Part shown: positions 42,183-51,098 of the stretch, in pieces
Layout: the number at the start of each line of letters is the position of its first letter
Position numbering within the stretch: position 1 is the stretch's first letter
Assembly (NCBI GenBank): GCA_031362805.1
Contig: JANLTG010000043.1
Coordinates: 5,395-69,394 of the forward strand
DNA length: 64,000 nucleotides
From: a bacterium
Lineage (GTDB): Bacteria; Verrucomicrobiota; Verrucomicrobiia; Limisphaerales; RI-55
Direction of reading: 5' to 3'
Notes under the pieces: model-generated
Database searches by the model: none
The model's input: only the letters and a program-made list of their open reading frames with translations
Told to the model about the DNA's origin: nothing
Program-made: the position numbers and the translations under genes

Positions 42183-42345
42183 CGGGCGGATTTTCGCGGG
42201 CGAAAAATGGAAAGTCGAGGGTGGAGCGCCCGAGTTGTTCACGGGCGGGTGTTAATGAACGGTGAATAAGGTTGATGCCATGACCTGGAAAGCAACGCCG
42301 CAACAGGGGCTTGTTTTCGACGGACCTTAACCTTACGTTCGCACC

Positions 42346-42546
42346 ATGACATTGGCAGATATTCAACGGGAAGCTGCCGGCTTGGACGCCGAAGCACAAC
42401 GCAAGCTGAGGGCGTTTCTGGCGTCACTCGCGCTCCAACAAGAGGGAGTCGATGCGGCGGAGCTATCCCGGCGGGTCACGGACCAGAACCCGGAAAACTG
42501 GGTGTCACTGGACGAAGCCCGAAAACGCCTCTCCGCGCTGCCGTAA
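42346..42546 (+). CDS. Small antitoxin-like protein (addiction-module component type)
   Basis: 66 aa: MTLADIQREAAGLDAEAQRKLRAFLASLALQQEG.... It is helical and sits immediately upstream of a RelE/ParE-like ORF (1-nt gap to a GTG). Confidence 0.5.
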   Translation: MTLADIQREAAGLDAEAQRKLRAFLASLALQQEGVDAAELSRRVTDQNPENWVSLDEARKRLSALP

Positions 42547-42547
42547 G

Positions 42548-42806
42548 GTGGATCGCTATTCACTCTATCTGCGCCGGGAAGTGCTCGACGCAATTGGCGC
42601 GTATCGCCGGGCCGGATCGCGACCGTATCCTTCGCTTTCTCGATTCCCTGGAAATTGATCCGTTTCAAAAAGGCGACTACGAGATCCACGATGCCGACCA
42701 TCGCCCTCACCAAGTCAGGATCTTCGGAAGTCTGGCCGTGGTCTACTGGGCAGACCATCCCGTCAAAGAGGTAAAGGTCGTTGCCCTCCGCCATGCCGAT
42801 CGCTAA
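42548..42806 (+). pseudogene. RelE/ParE-family toxin, apparently disrupted by a +1 frameshift near 42593
   Basis: Frame A from the GTG at 42548 reads VDRYSLYLRREVLDA.... Frame B (track ORF 42594..42806) reads LARIAGPDRDRILRFLDSLEIDPFQKGDYEIHD...VKEVKVVALRHADR. Skipping one A in GCAATTG joins them into an 85-aa RelE/ParE-like protein. Alternatively it is a 70-aa TTG-started remnant, or the shift is an assembly indel. Confidence 0.5.
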
Positions 42807-43494
42807 ACCAACCCAGCCAATTCGCACCTTGGCCATCGGCGACATCCACGGTTGCCTGAAGGCGCTGGAGACCTTGGCGCATTTCGTCCCGTTCAAGGCG
42901 GAGGACCAACTGGTGCTGCTCGGTGACTACGTCGATCGCGGGCCGGATTCCAAAGGGGTGATCGACTGGGTGCAGGCGGCGAGTCGGGCGGAAAAAGTCA
43001 TTGCCTTGCGCGGAAATCACGAGGCGATGGCGATGGAAGCGCGCACCAACCCGACCGTGAGACAGACCTGGCTGGAGAACGGAGGACTGGAGGCACTCGC
43101 TTCCTATGGCACGAGCGTCCTTGACGATTGGATCGCCGCAGTGCCGTCCACGCATTGGCAGTTTCTTGAATCGACCCGCCAACATTTTGAGACGGACCGA
43201 GTCATCTTCGTCCATGGCAGTGTTGACTGGGATCTGCCGTTGGGGGAGCAAAATGCCCACCGAGAGATCTGGACTCGCTGCTCGGGCATGCAGCCACATG
43301 TCTCGGGAAAACGCGTCATCTGTGGACATACGCCGCAGCCCGACGGCCAGATCGGCGTCTATCAATGGGGTCTCTGCCTCGACACGGATTGCTGTCGCGG
43401 AGAATGGCTGACCTGTCTCGATGTGGAGGGCGGCGAGTTCTGGCAAGCCAACGAACAAGGCGCGACCCGCGGCGGCAAACTCGACCGCGTTTAA
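42793..43494 (+). CDS. PPP-family metallophosphoesterase (Ser/Thr phosphatase / ApaH-like)
   Basis: Shows LAIGDIHGC...LLGDYVDRGPDS...ALRGNHE...VHG. The ATG at 42793 overlaps the toxin ORF end by 14 nt. Confidence 0.8.
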   Translation: MPIAKPTQPIRTLAIGDIHGCLKALETLAHFVPFKAEDQLVLLGDYVDRGPDSKGVIDWVQAASRAEKVIALRGNHEAMAMEARTNPTVRQTWLENGGLEALASYGTSVLDDWIAAVPSTHWQFLESTRQHFETDRVIFVHGSVDWDLPLGEQNAHREIWTRCSGMQPHVSGKRVICGHTPQPDGQIGVYQWGLCLDTDCCRGEWLTCLDVEGGEFWQANEQGATRGGKLDRV

Positions 43495-43595
43495 GTCCGT
43501 CGTTCGGTGCGATTCCAATAACGGCGGGAAATTCCCATTGGCTTTGCCCGGCGTGGCGACTATCAAGCAGGCGAACTTAGAAACCCAAACTACCC

Positions 43596-44591
43596 ATGAC
43601 TATCGCCTTCGGTTGTCTGCTTGGATTCGCCGCCTGGTTCGTTGTGCGTTACCTGGTCGCCGGTTTTTACACGCTCGACCAGAACGAACGCGCCGTAATG
43701 ACCAGCTTCGGCCGCGCCCACCGGCTCGGCGACACCACCACCGCGAATGACCCCGTCTCGGATTCGCTGCGACCCGATGAGAAGGAGCGCTACGCCTGTC
43801 CGCAGGTGCAAGTGATCGGGCCGGGCTTCTACTGGAAATGGCCGTGGCAAAGGGTGCATCGCGTGTCGATCGCGACGGAGACGCTGAACATGGCCTTCGA
43901 TCCCGAGGCGCCGATGGCCAACCAGGGCGGCACCATCCTCGATGCCGTCACGAAGGATCAGTTGAACATCGGCTTGAACGGGCAGATCCGGTTCAGCGTC
44001 TCCGAGCGGAATCTCTACGCCTACCTGTTCGGCGTGAAGAATCCGATCGCGCACGTGATGGGCTATTTCGTGTCGGTGTTGCGCGAACGCATCGCCACGT
44101 TCGAGGCGCCCAAACCGGCGCCGGCGGCGCATGTCAGCGAGTTGTCGAGCTCAGAGGCGGTGGCATCCTTCGGGGTCTCGATCAACGATCTGCGCAAGAA
44201 CTTGCGCGATCTGAACGAGCACATGGACACCGAGAGCCGCTCGTCCGCCGCGCGCTACGGCATCGTGCTGGACGCCTCATTGATCACGGGCATCGATCCA
44301 CCGGCCGAGGTCGAATCCGCGCTCGCGGCGATCAACACCGCGCACAACCACGTCTCGTCTGACATCTCGCTCGCGCAAGCGTCCGCCGACCAAAAGATCG
44401 TGCAGTCGGGTCGCGCGGTGGAGATTGAAACGCTCAAGGCGCAGGCCGAAGTCGAGCCGCTCGAACGGCTGGCTGCGCAGTTGACGGTCCTCAAGCAAAG
44501 CGGGCCCGACGCACTGAACGCCTACGTCCGAAACGTTCGACTCGAATTGTTCAACCAGGCGGAACGCGCCTTTCTGGAGGTAAAGTCATGA
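43596..44591 (+). CDS. SPFH/band-7 domain membrane protein
   Basis: 331 aa. An N-terminal TM helix is followed by an SPFH-like core (YTLDQNERAVMTSFGR...) and a C-terminal coiled coil (…QASADQKIVQSGRAVEIETLKAQAEVE…). Confidence 0.65.
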   Translation: MTIAFGCLLGFAAWFVVRYLVAGFYTLDQNERAVMTSFGRAHRLGDTTTANDPVSDSLRPDEKERYACPQVQVIGPGFYWKWPWQRVHRVSIATETLNMAFDPEAPMANQGGTILDAVTKDQLNIGLNGQIRFSVSERNLYAYLFGVKNPIAHVMGYFVSVLRERIATFEAPKPAPAAHVSELSSSEAVASFGVSINDLRKNLRDLNEHMDTESRSSAARYGIVLDASLITGIDPPAEVESALAAINTAHNHVSSDISLAQASADQKIVQSGRAVEIETLKAQAEVEPLERLAAQLTVLKQSGPDALNAYVRNVRLELFNQAERAFLEVKS

Positions 44592-45499
44592 ACTTTCTCA
44601 TCGCACTCGTCGCCACGTTTGTCGCTTGTTTCGTCTTCGTGCCGATCCTGTTCGCCGTGGCGCGGATGTTCGGGCTCTACACGATTGTGCAGGAGCGGCG
44701 CTGCCAAGTGTATGTGCTGTTCGGCAAGGTGGAGTTGATCCTTGATCAGCCCGGTTTGCACTTCCTGCTGCTCAAGCTCGGTTGGAAGGCGCCCATCGTG
44801 AACTGGCTGGGCAAGTGTTACGTGCTCGATATGCGGCTCGATCAGGTCTACCTGCGCAGCCAGCCGGTGAACTCCGAGGAAGGCGCACCGATGGGCATCG
44901 GCATCTGGTACGAGATGTTCATCAGCGATCCCGTCGCCTACCTGTTCAAGAACACCGATCCGCGCGGCTCGCTCGGGGCGAACGTCAGCAACTCGACGGT
45001 GCGATGCCTGAGCAATCTGCCGCTGGACAAGATGATGACCAACCGCCATGCGATGAGCAAAACGGTGCGCGACGAAGTTTCGCCGAAGTCGCACGAGTGG
45101 GGCTACAAGCTCGGCTCGATCTACATCCGCAAGGTCCACTTCCGCGATCTCGAGATGATCAAGCAGATCGAGAGCAAGGTGGTGAACCGGTTGCGGCAGG
45201 TGACGTCCGCGATCAAGCAGGACGGCGCGAACCAAGTGAGCATCACCACGAGCACGGCCGACCGCAAGGCGGCGGTCGAGTTTGCGAAGGCGGCGGCGAT
45301 CCGGCCGCAGATTGTCGGCGCGGCCTTGCAACGGATCAGCCAGGATCGCGAAGTGGCGGCGGCGATGTTTGCCGCGCTCGAAGCGCAGCGCCTCATCGAA
45401 GGCGAAGCGAAGATCACACTGGTGCCCGCCGGCAGCGAAACGCTGACGGCCGTCATGGCGGCGGAGAGCAAGACGAGCCCGCCGAGGATGCCGGTTTGA
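44588..45499 (+). CDS. SPFH/band-7 (stomatin/prohibitin-like) membrane protein
   Basis: 303 aa with an ATGA overlap with the upstream SPFH gene. An N-terminal TM helix is followed by YTIVQERRCQVYVLFGKV... and ...EWGYKLGSIYIRKVHFRD.... Confidence 0.7.
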   Translation: MNFLIALVATFVACFVFVPILFAVARMFGLYTIVQERRCQVYVLFGKVELILDQPGLHFLLLKLGWKAPIVNWLGKCYVLDMRLDQVYLRSQPVNSEEGAPMGIGIWYEMFISDPVAYLFKNTDPRGSLGANVSNSTVRCLSNLPLDKMMTNRHAMSKTVRDEVSPKSHEWGYKLGSIYIRKVHFRDLEMIKQIESKVVNRLRQVTSAIKQDGANQVSITTSTADRKAAVEFAKAAAIRPQIVGAALQRISQDREVAAAMFAALEAQRLIEGEAKITLVPAGSETLTAVMAAESKTSPPRMPV

Positions 45500-45559
45500 A
45501 CTGCACCCTGCTAATTTCCAAGCTGGCCACATGGATTCCGGCTCGCTAGGCTGCGCCGC

Positions 45560-46078
45560 GTGATCGGTTTCCTGCGGATAGTGGGCGTGATGAATGCCGC
45601 CGTGTGGTTCGGCGCGGCGATCTTCTTCAACTTCCTGATCGCCCCGCTGTTTTCCAGCCCGGAGGCGCTGTCCGTGTTGAGCTGGAAACTCAGTGGCTGG
45701 CTGGCGCAAGGCGCGCTCGAACGGTATTTTCAACTGAACCTCTGGTGTGCGGGCATCGGCCTGCTGCATCTCGTGGCCGAGTGCGTCTATCTGGGGCGGC
45801 CGCTCTCGCGCCTGCACTTGTTCCTCCTCGCGGGGCTCCTCTGCCTGACGCTCGTGGGCAGCTACGGGCTGCAACCCCAGCTCCAGAAGTTGCACATCGC
45901 CCGTTACCATCAACGCAGCTCGCCGCAGGAAGCACAGCAGGCCACCCGCGGCTACGGTGCCTGGAACGGCGTCACCCAGTTCCTCAACTACCTGGCACTG
46001 GCGGGTATTCTGGTCTACTTCTGGCAGGTGAGCGGATTGAATTCTGCGTCGCGTTCCGGGAATAAATTCCGGGGTTGA
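45560..46078 (+). CDS. DUF4149-like polytopic membrane protein
   Basis: 172 aa with a GTG start and 4 predicted TM helices. MNAAVWFGAAIFFNFLIAPLFSS resembles DUF4149/TMEM205-like proteins. Confidence 0.45.
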   Translation: MIGFLRIVGVMNAAVWFGAAIFFNFLIAPLFSSPEALSVLSWKLSGWLAQGALERYFQLNLWCAGIGLLHLVAECVYLGRPLSRLHLFLLAGLLCLTLVGSYGLQPQLQKLHIARYHQRSSPQEAQQATRGYGAWNGVTQFLNYLALAGILVYFWQVSGLNSASRSGNKFRG

Positions 46079-46149
46079 CAATCGTGTCGGCCGGACAACT
46101 GTGGCTTAACAACCAGAGCGCCTGCGGAGGCGCAGCGGAGCACCACGCC

Positions 46150-46449
46150 ATGTTTGAAAAACCACACTCATACGGCAACCGGGAATTCGAGCAACGCCGC
46201 CCGCCCACCAACGAAACCGTGATCTGCTCGGAGCGGCTCCAGATCGAGCGCAAGTCGTTTCAGTTCACGCTCAAGGAGAATCCCCGCGGCCGGTTTCTGC
46301 GCATCACCGAGGAAGTCGGCGGCCGCCACGACAGCATCATAGTGCCGGCGACCGGTCTCACTGAATTCTGCAAGGTGCTGGGCGACGTCACCAAGTCGGC
46401 TGGTGATCTGCCGCCACCGCCGGTGCCAGTCAACCCAGTGGATGCGTAA
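46150..46449 (+). CDS. Pur-alpha-like (DUF3276) nucleic-acid-binding protein
   Basis: The ATG at 46150 begins MFEKPHSYGNREFEQRRPPTNETVICSERLQIERKSFQFTLKENPRGRFLRITEEVGGRHDSIIVPATGLTEFCKVLGDV. The KxFxFxLKENxRGRFLRIxE repeat is the PUR signature. Confidence 0.7.
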   Translation: MFEKPHSYGNREFEQRRPPTNETVICSERLQIERKSFQFTLKENPRGRFLRITEEVGGRHDSIIVPATGLTEFCKVLGDVTKSAGDLPPPPVPVNPVDA

Positions 46450-46511
46450 TGCGCGGGACTGCGCGCCAAGCTTGCCCGGCTTCACGATTCCCGTAGAGTC
46501 AGGCACCCAGC

Positions 46512-48647
46512 GTGCCGATCATCAACTTCATCTCGCTCGTCGCCGCCCTCGTTGCCGGGGCTTCCGCTCTGGCAGTTTTCTTTCGAGCCCGGCGTTCCCT
46601 GGCCAGCCGCCTCTTCGCCGTGGGCATGCTGCTGCTGGCCGCAGAGGCGGCGATCAACTTCATCTCCTACCAGCAGGTGCTGCTGGTTGATTTAATCTAC
46701 TGGCAGAAACTCCGTTTCATCCCCGTTTCCCTGCTGCCGTCGGTCTGGCTCGCCTTCAGCCTAGTCTATTCCCGGGGCAACTACGGCGAGTATCTCCGGC
46801 GCTGGCGAATCGCAATCATCGCGCTGGCGGTGGCACCGCCGCTATTGCTCGCACTGGGACACGAAACATTGCTCAGCGCCACGCTCGACCCGGGGGAGGG
46901 TTTGCACTGGACCCTGTTGCTGGGCTGGGCCTCGCAATCGCTGCAGTTCATCCTGGTAGCCGCCGCAGTGTTGGTGCTGATGAATCTCGAGCAGACGTTC
47001 AAAGCCTCCGTCGGCACGCAGCGCTGGCGGCTGAAGTTCGTGATCCTCGGGTTGGGCGCATTGTTCGCCGCCCGGGTTTATGCCGCCAGCCAGGCGCTGC
47101 TTTACCATAGCCTGCTGGAGAATTTGGGCCTGCTCAACGGCACGGCCTTGATTGTGGCCTGCCTCCTGGTGGCCGTCTCGCTCTCCCGCACGGGCGAGTT
47201 TTCGATCGACCTCTACCCCTCGCAAACGGCGCTGCACCGGTCGGTGGTGGTCATCATCGTGGGCAGCTATCTCTTGATCGTCGGGCTGCTGGCCAAACTG
47301 GCGGGCTGGCTGGGTAACACGGAGAACTTCCAATTCAATGCGCTGGTGGTTTTCGTCGCGCTGGTCCTGCTCGGGCTGATCCTGATGTCCGATCGCTTGC
47401 GGGAAGTTTCGTACGGCTGGCTGACCCGCCACTTCCGCCGGCCCCACTACGACTATCGCCAGGTCTGGAATGGCTTCACAGCCGCCACATCCGGCCATGC
47501 TTCCGAGGACACCGCTTGCCCGGCGCTTGCCAAGTGGACTTCGCACACGCTCAGCGCGCTGTCGGTCTCGGTCTGGCTGTTTGACGAGGCCCGCAACGAC
47601 TTGCAACTCACCGGCTCCACTTTGGACGCGGACCAACTTTCAGCCGGCGCAATTCGCGAAAACACAGGTGACTGGCAAGCCCTCAGCAAATCAGCGACAG
47701 AACTCTCCCAAATCGTGAATCTCGATGAAGAACGAACCCATCGCGCAGCCGTCCTCGCAAAGCTGCACCCGCGAATGTTCCCCAACGGCGGCGCCCGACT
47801 GGCCGTGCCAATGTTGGCCGATGGCGCTGCCGTTGGCATCCTGTTCGTGGGCGACCGCGTGAGCGGCATGCCGTTCACGACCGAAGACAAAGACCTGCTG
47901 CAAACGGTCGCCGAGCAGTCCACCAAGTTGCTGCTCAGCATCCGGCTCGCGCGGCGCATGATGGATGCGCGGGAGATGGAAGCCTTCCAGAGCATGTCCA
48001 CATTCTTCGTGCATGATCTCAAGAACACCGCGTCGGGGCTTTCGTTGATGCTGCAAAACCTGCCGCGGCATTTTGACAACCCGGAGTTTCGCGAGGACGC
48101 CCTCCGCTCGATTCGCAAAAGCGTGGAGCGCATCAACCAGATGATTGAATCGCTCTCGGCGCTGCGGCGCAAGCTGGTCATCGATCCGGTGTGGGGTGAC
48201 CTGGCTGAGCTGCGCCCGGTCGCCGAACGGCTGGCTCGCGAACGTGGGCTTTCGCTGCAGGCCGATTTTCAGCCCGCCGGCCCCGTTCGTTTCGACCGTG
48301 AGCAAATCGAGCGCGTGCTGACCAATCTCATCGTCAATGCGCATGAAGCCTCCCCCGATGGACAAGTCGTCACCGTTCGCACGTCACTCGGCGACGATGC
48401 GGCGCGGCTGATCGTCGAGGACCACGGCTGCGGCATGGCCACCGAATTCATTCAACGACAGCTGTTCCGCCCTTTTCATACGACCAAGAAGACCGGCACC
48501 GGGATTGGCCTTTACCACAGCAAACTGATTGTCGATGCTCACGGTGGCCGGATGGAGGTGCAGAGCGCACCCGGGACGGGCACCCGCATCAGCATCGTTT
48601 TGCCGCTACTCAAGTCACCCGATGAAGCCAGCCGTATTGATCGTTGA
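46512..48647 (+). CDS. prsK: PEP-CTERM-system sensor histidine kinase, PrsK-like
   Basis: 711 aa with a GTG start. The first ~300 aa are polytopic, followed by a GAF-like domain, the H-box STFFVHDLKNTASGL and an HATPase_c domain (DHGCGM...GTGIGL). The architecture matches PrsK, and the gene overlaps a PrsR-like gene. Confidence 0.7.
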   Translation: MPIINFISLVAALVAGASALAVFFRARRSLASRLFAVGMLLLAAEAAINFISYQQVLLVDLIYWQKLRFIPVSLLPSVWLAFSLVYSRGNYGEYLRRWRIAIIALAVAPPLLLALGHETLLSATLDPGEGLHWTLLLGWASQSLQFILVAAAVLVLMNLEQTFKASVGTQRWRLKFVILGLGALFAARVYAASQALLYHSLLENLGLLNGTALIVACLLVAVSLSRTGEFSIDLYPSQTALHRSVVVIIVGSYLLIVGLLAKLAGWLGNTENFQFNALVVFVALVLLGLILMSDRLREVSYGWLTRHFRRPHYDYRQVWNGFTAATSGHASEDTACPALAKWTSHTLSALSVSVWLFDEARNDLQLTGSTLDADQLSAGAIRENTGDWQALSKSATELSQIVNLDEERTHRAAVLAKLHPRMFPNGGARLAVPMLADGAAVGILFVGDRVSGMPFTTEDKDLLQTVAEQSTKLLLSIRLARRMMDAREMEAFQSMSTFFVHDLKNTASGLSLMLQNLPRHFDNPEFREDALRSIRKSVERINQMIESLSALRRKLVIDPVWGDLAELRPVAERLARERGLSLQADFQPAGPVRFDREQIERVLTNLIVNAHEASPDGQVVTVRTSLGDDAARLIVEDHGCGMATEFIQRQLFRPFHTTKKTGTGIGLYHSKLIVDAHGGRMEVQSAPGTGTRISIVLPLLKSPDEASRIDR

Positions 48648-49992
48648 CGACGACGAGGAGATCCGCACCCAGATGCGCTGGGCGCTCGCGGATGATTACG
48701 AACCCCTCCTCGCCGACAGCCGCGAAAGCGCACTCAAGGTTTTTAAGGACCGCCAGCCAGGTGTCGTGCTGCTCGATCTGGGCCTACCGCCCAACCCCAA
48801 CAACACAACCGAGGGAATGGCGATTCTCAGCGAGCTGCTCGCTGAGCAACCGGCCACCCGGGTGATCGTCATCACCGGCCAGACCGATCGCGAGCACGCC
48901 TTGCGCGCCATCGAAGCGGGAGCGCACGATTTCCTGGCCAAGCCCGTGCAGATGGAGGAGCTCAAGATCCTGCTTAAGCGTGCGACCGTGGTAGCCGATT
49001 TGAAACGCGCCGACCGCCTCGCCACCCACGGAACGGTGGCCGACGCGGACTTCGCGGGGTTGATCGGAAACAGCCCGGCGATGCACCAGATTTACGGTTT
49101 TATCACCAAAGTCGCGGGCACCGGCGCGCCGGTCCTGATTCTGGGGGAGAGCGGCACGGGCAAAGAAATGGCCGCCCAAGCCATTCACCTGCGCAGTTCG
49201 CGACGGGACGCCCCGTTTGTCGCGATCAATTGCGGCGCGATTCCCGAGGCGCTGCTGGAGAGCGAATTATTCGGTCACGAGAAAGGCTCGTTCACCGGCG
49301 CTCACACCCAGCGCAAAGGCCGCGTGGAGACTGCCGAGGGTGGCACGCTGTTTCTGGATGAGATCGGTGAAATGCCGCCCGCGCTCCAGGTCAAGCTGCT
49401 CCGCTTTTTGCAGGAGCGGAAGATTGAGCGCATTGGCGGCCGGGTAACAATCGACGTAGACGTCCGCATCATCGCCGCGACCAACTTGGACCTCTCGCTG
49501 CGCATTTCCGAGGGCCGTTTCCGCGAGGATCTCTACTATCGGCTGGCTGTGGTGAACATTTCGATGCCGCCGCTGAAGAGTCGGCCGGGCGATGTCCTGT
49601 TGCTCGCGCTGTCTTTCATCGAGCAATTCGCCCGCGAGCACGGCAAGCCGGCTCCCAAGTTTACCCTGCCGGCGCAGCGCGCGCTGGAGCATCATAACTG
49701 GCCTGGTAATGTGCGCGAGCTGCAAAACCGGGTTCGCCGCGCCTTCATCATGCACGAGGGCGCAAGCATCCGGCCCGAAGATCTCGAACTGGTGGACACC
49801 GGGCCAAAGGAGCCCAACAAATCGCTCAAGGCCGCCCGCGAGGAACTCGAACGCAGCATGGTCAGCGACGCGCTCCGCCGCAATCAGGGCAAGATCAGCC
49901 ATGCCGCCGTCGAGCTGGGCATCAGCCGGCCGACGCTTTACGAGCTCATGGAAAAGCTCGGCATCAAGAACGAGGATCGACCAGCCCCATAG
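48622..49992 (+). CDS. prsR: Sigma-54-dependent response regulator, PrsR-like (PEP-CTERM-box regulator)
   Basis: The ATG at 48622 begins [17 protein letters not shown]...[21 protein letters not shown] (the PrsR-typical receiver). It continues with the AAA+ domain ([14 protein letters not shown]-like [15 protein letters not shown]) and a C-terminal Fis-type HTH. Confidence 0.75.
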   Translation: MKPAVLIVDDDEEIRTQMRWALADDYEPLLADSRESALKVFKDRQPGVVLLDLGLPPNPNNTTEGMAILSELLAEQPATRVIVITGQTDREHALRAIEAGAHDFLAKPVQMEELKILLKRATVVADLKRADRLATHGTVADADFAGLIGNSPAMHQIYGFITKVAGTGAPVLILGESGTGKEMAAQAIHLRSSRRDAPFVAINCGAIPEALLESELFGHEKGSFTGAHTQRKGRVETAEGGTLFLDEIGEMPPALQVKLLRFLQERKIERIGGRVTIDVDVRIIAATNLDLSLRISEGRFREDLYYRLAVVNISMPPLKSRPGDVLLLALSFIEQFAREHGKPAPKFTLPAQRALEHHNWPGNVRELQNRVRRAFIMHEGASIRPEDLELVDTGPKEPNKSLKAAREELERSMVSDALRRNQGKISHAAVELGISRPTLYELMEKLGIKNEDRPAP

Positions 49993-50004
49993 CCGGACGC
50001 GCGC

Positions 50005-50925
50005 TCACTTCAGCGCGTCCACGACGGTGTTGATGTTGTGGCGAATCCAGCCTTCGTAAGTGCCCAGGTCGTAGGTTGCGCCCCCCGCCGTCTCGCTTTT
50101 CCCCGGCGTGCCGAGCGCGTCCGAGAACAGCTCGCCTCCAATCCGCGCACCTGAATCCTTGCTGATGCGCTCGATCGTCGCCGGTGACACGCTGGTCTCG
50201 ACGAAGATCGCCTTCACCTTGCGTTCCTTGATGAAGTCCACGATGCGCGTGATGTCGGCGAGCCCCGCTTCCGTCACCGTTGAGATGCCCTGGACGCCGA
50301 CAACTTCAAACCCAAACGCACGGCCAAAGTAGTTGAACGCGTCATGGCTGGTGATCAGCACCCGTCGGTCAGCCGGGAGTTCACTCGCGCGGCCCTTCGC
50401 CCAAGTCGCCAGTTGCTCGTAGTCTTTCTTCAACGCGGCGCCGCGCTGCTCATAGCCGTCTTTGCCGGCGGCATCATTCTCGACCAATGCCTTGACCACC
50501 GCGTCCACGCTGGCTGCCCACAAGGTGGGATCGCCCCAGACATGGGGATCCCAGTGACCTTGAAACTCCGGCGGTTCCAGCAACCGGTCCTCGGCCACCG
50601 TTTCCGTGATCGCGTAAACTTTCTTGCCGCGCCGCGCCATCTTCGAAAAAAGGTCTGCCATGCGACCTTCCAGCATCAGGCCGGAGTAAAAAATCACCTG
50701 CGCCCGACCCAGCCGGGTGACGTCGTTGGCGGAAGGTTTGTAAAGATGAGGATCCACGCCGGGCCCCATCAAGCCAACCACTTCGACCCGCTCACCGCCC
50801 ACCCGCTGCACCAGATCGGTGACCATGGTGGTGGTGGTGACGACGGCGAGCTTTTCAGCTCCGTTGGCGGGAACCGCAGCCATCGCCGCGATCACGACAA
50901 GGAGCATTGATCGAAATGGTTTCAT
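50005..50925 (-). CDS. Metal (Zn/Mn/Fe) ABC transporter substrate-binding protein, cluster A-I (ZnuA/TroA/YtgA-like)
   Basis: The ATG at 50925 gives MKPFRSMLLVVIAAMAAVPANGAE (signal peptide). The body shows KLAVVTTTTMVTDLV...GPGVDPHLYKP...DPHVWGDP...ITSHDAFNYF.... Confidence 0.85.
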   Translation of the reverse strand: MKPFRSMLLVVIAAMAAVPANGAEKLAVVTTTTMVTDLVQRVGGERVEVVGLMGPGVDPHLYKPSANDVTRLGRAQVIFYSGLMLEGRMADLFSKMARRGKKVYAITETVAEDRLLEPPEFQGHWDPHVWGDPTLWAASVDAVVKALVENDAAGKDGYEQRGAALKKDYEQLATWAKGRASELPADRRVLITSHDAFNYFGRAFGFEVVGVQGISTVTEAGLADITRIVDFIKERKVKAIFVETSVSPATIERISKDSGARIGGELFSDALGTPGKSETAGGATYDLGTYEGWIRHNINTVVDALK

Positions 50926-50999
50926 AGGAAAGACAGCCAACGGCTTTGTTTACCGGCGGATATTGATAGCTTGGAAATAGATTGGTGCAAGATATTAAT

Positions 51000-51013
51000 T
51001 TAGACTCGTCTAA
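51000..51013. promoter_or_regulatory. Palindromic box TTAGA-CTCG-TCTAA (candidate DtxR-family operator), site 1
   Basis: Centred about 81 nt upstream of the SBP ATG. The 17-mer TTAGACTCGTCTAACTT matches site 2 (63688) at 15 of 17 positions, in the same orientation relative to the downstream minus-strand gene. Confidence 0.4.
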
Positions 51014-51098
51014 CTTTAAATTTCGCAAACTGCCCCGGCTCCGCCGATCGCAAATTTGCTCTTTGCACTGGAGCGGCGGTCATTACGCTCGCTCCCGC

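Noticed and set aside
49995-50020. Hairpin GGACGCGC-N10-GCGCGTCC between convergent prsR and the SBP gene as a bidirectional terminator
   Set aside because: No U/A tracts flank it, and the 3' arm lies inside the SBP coding sequence. The evidence is too weak to call.
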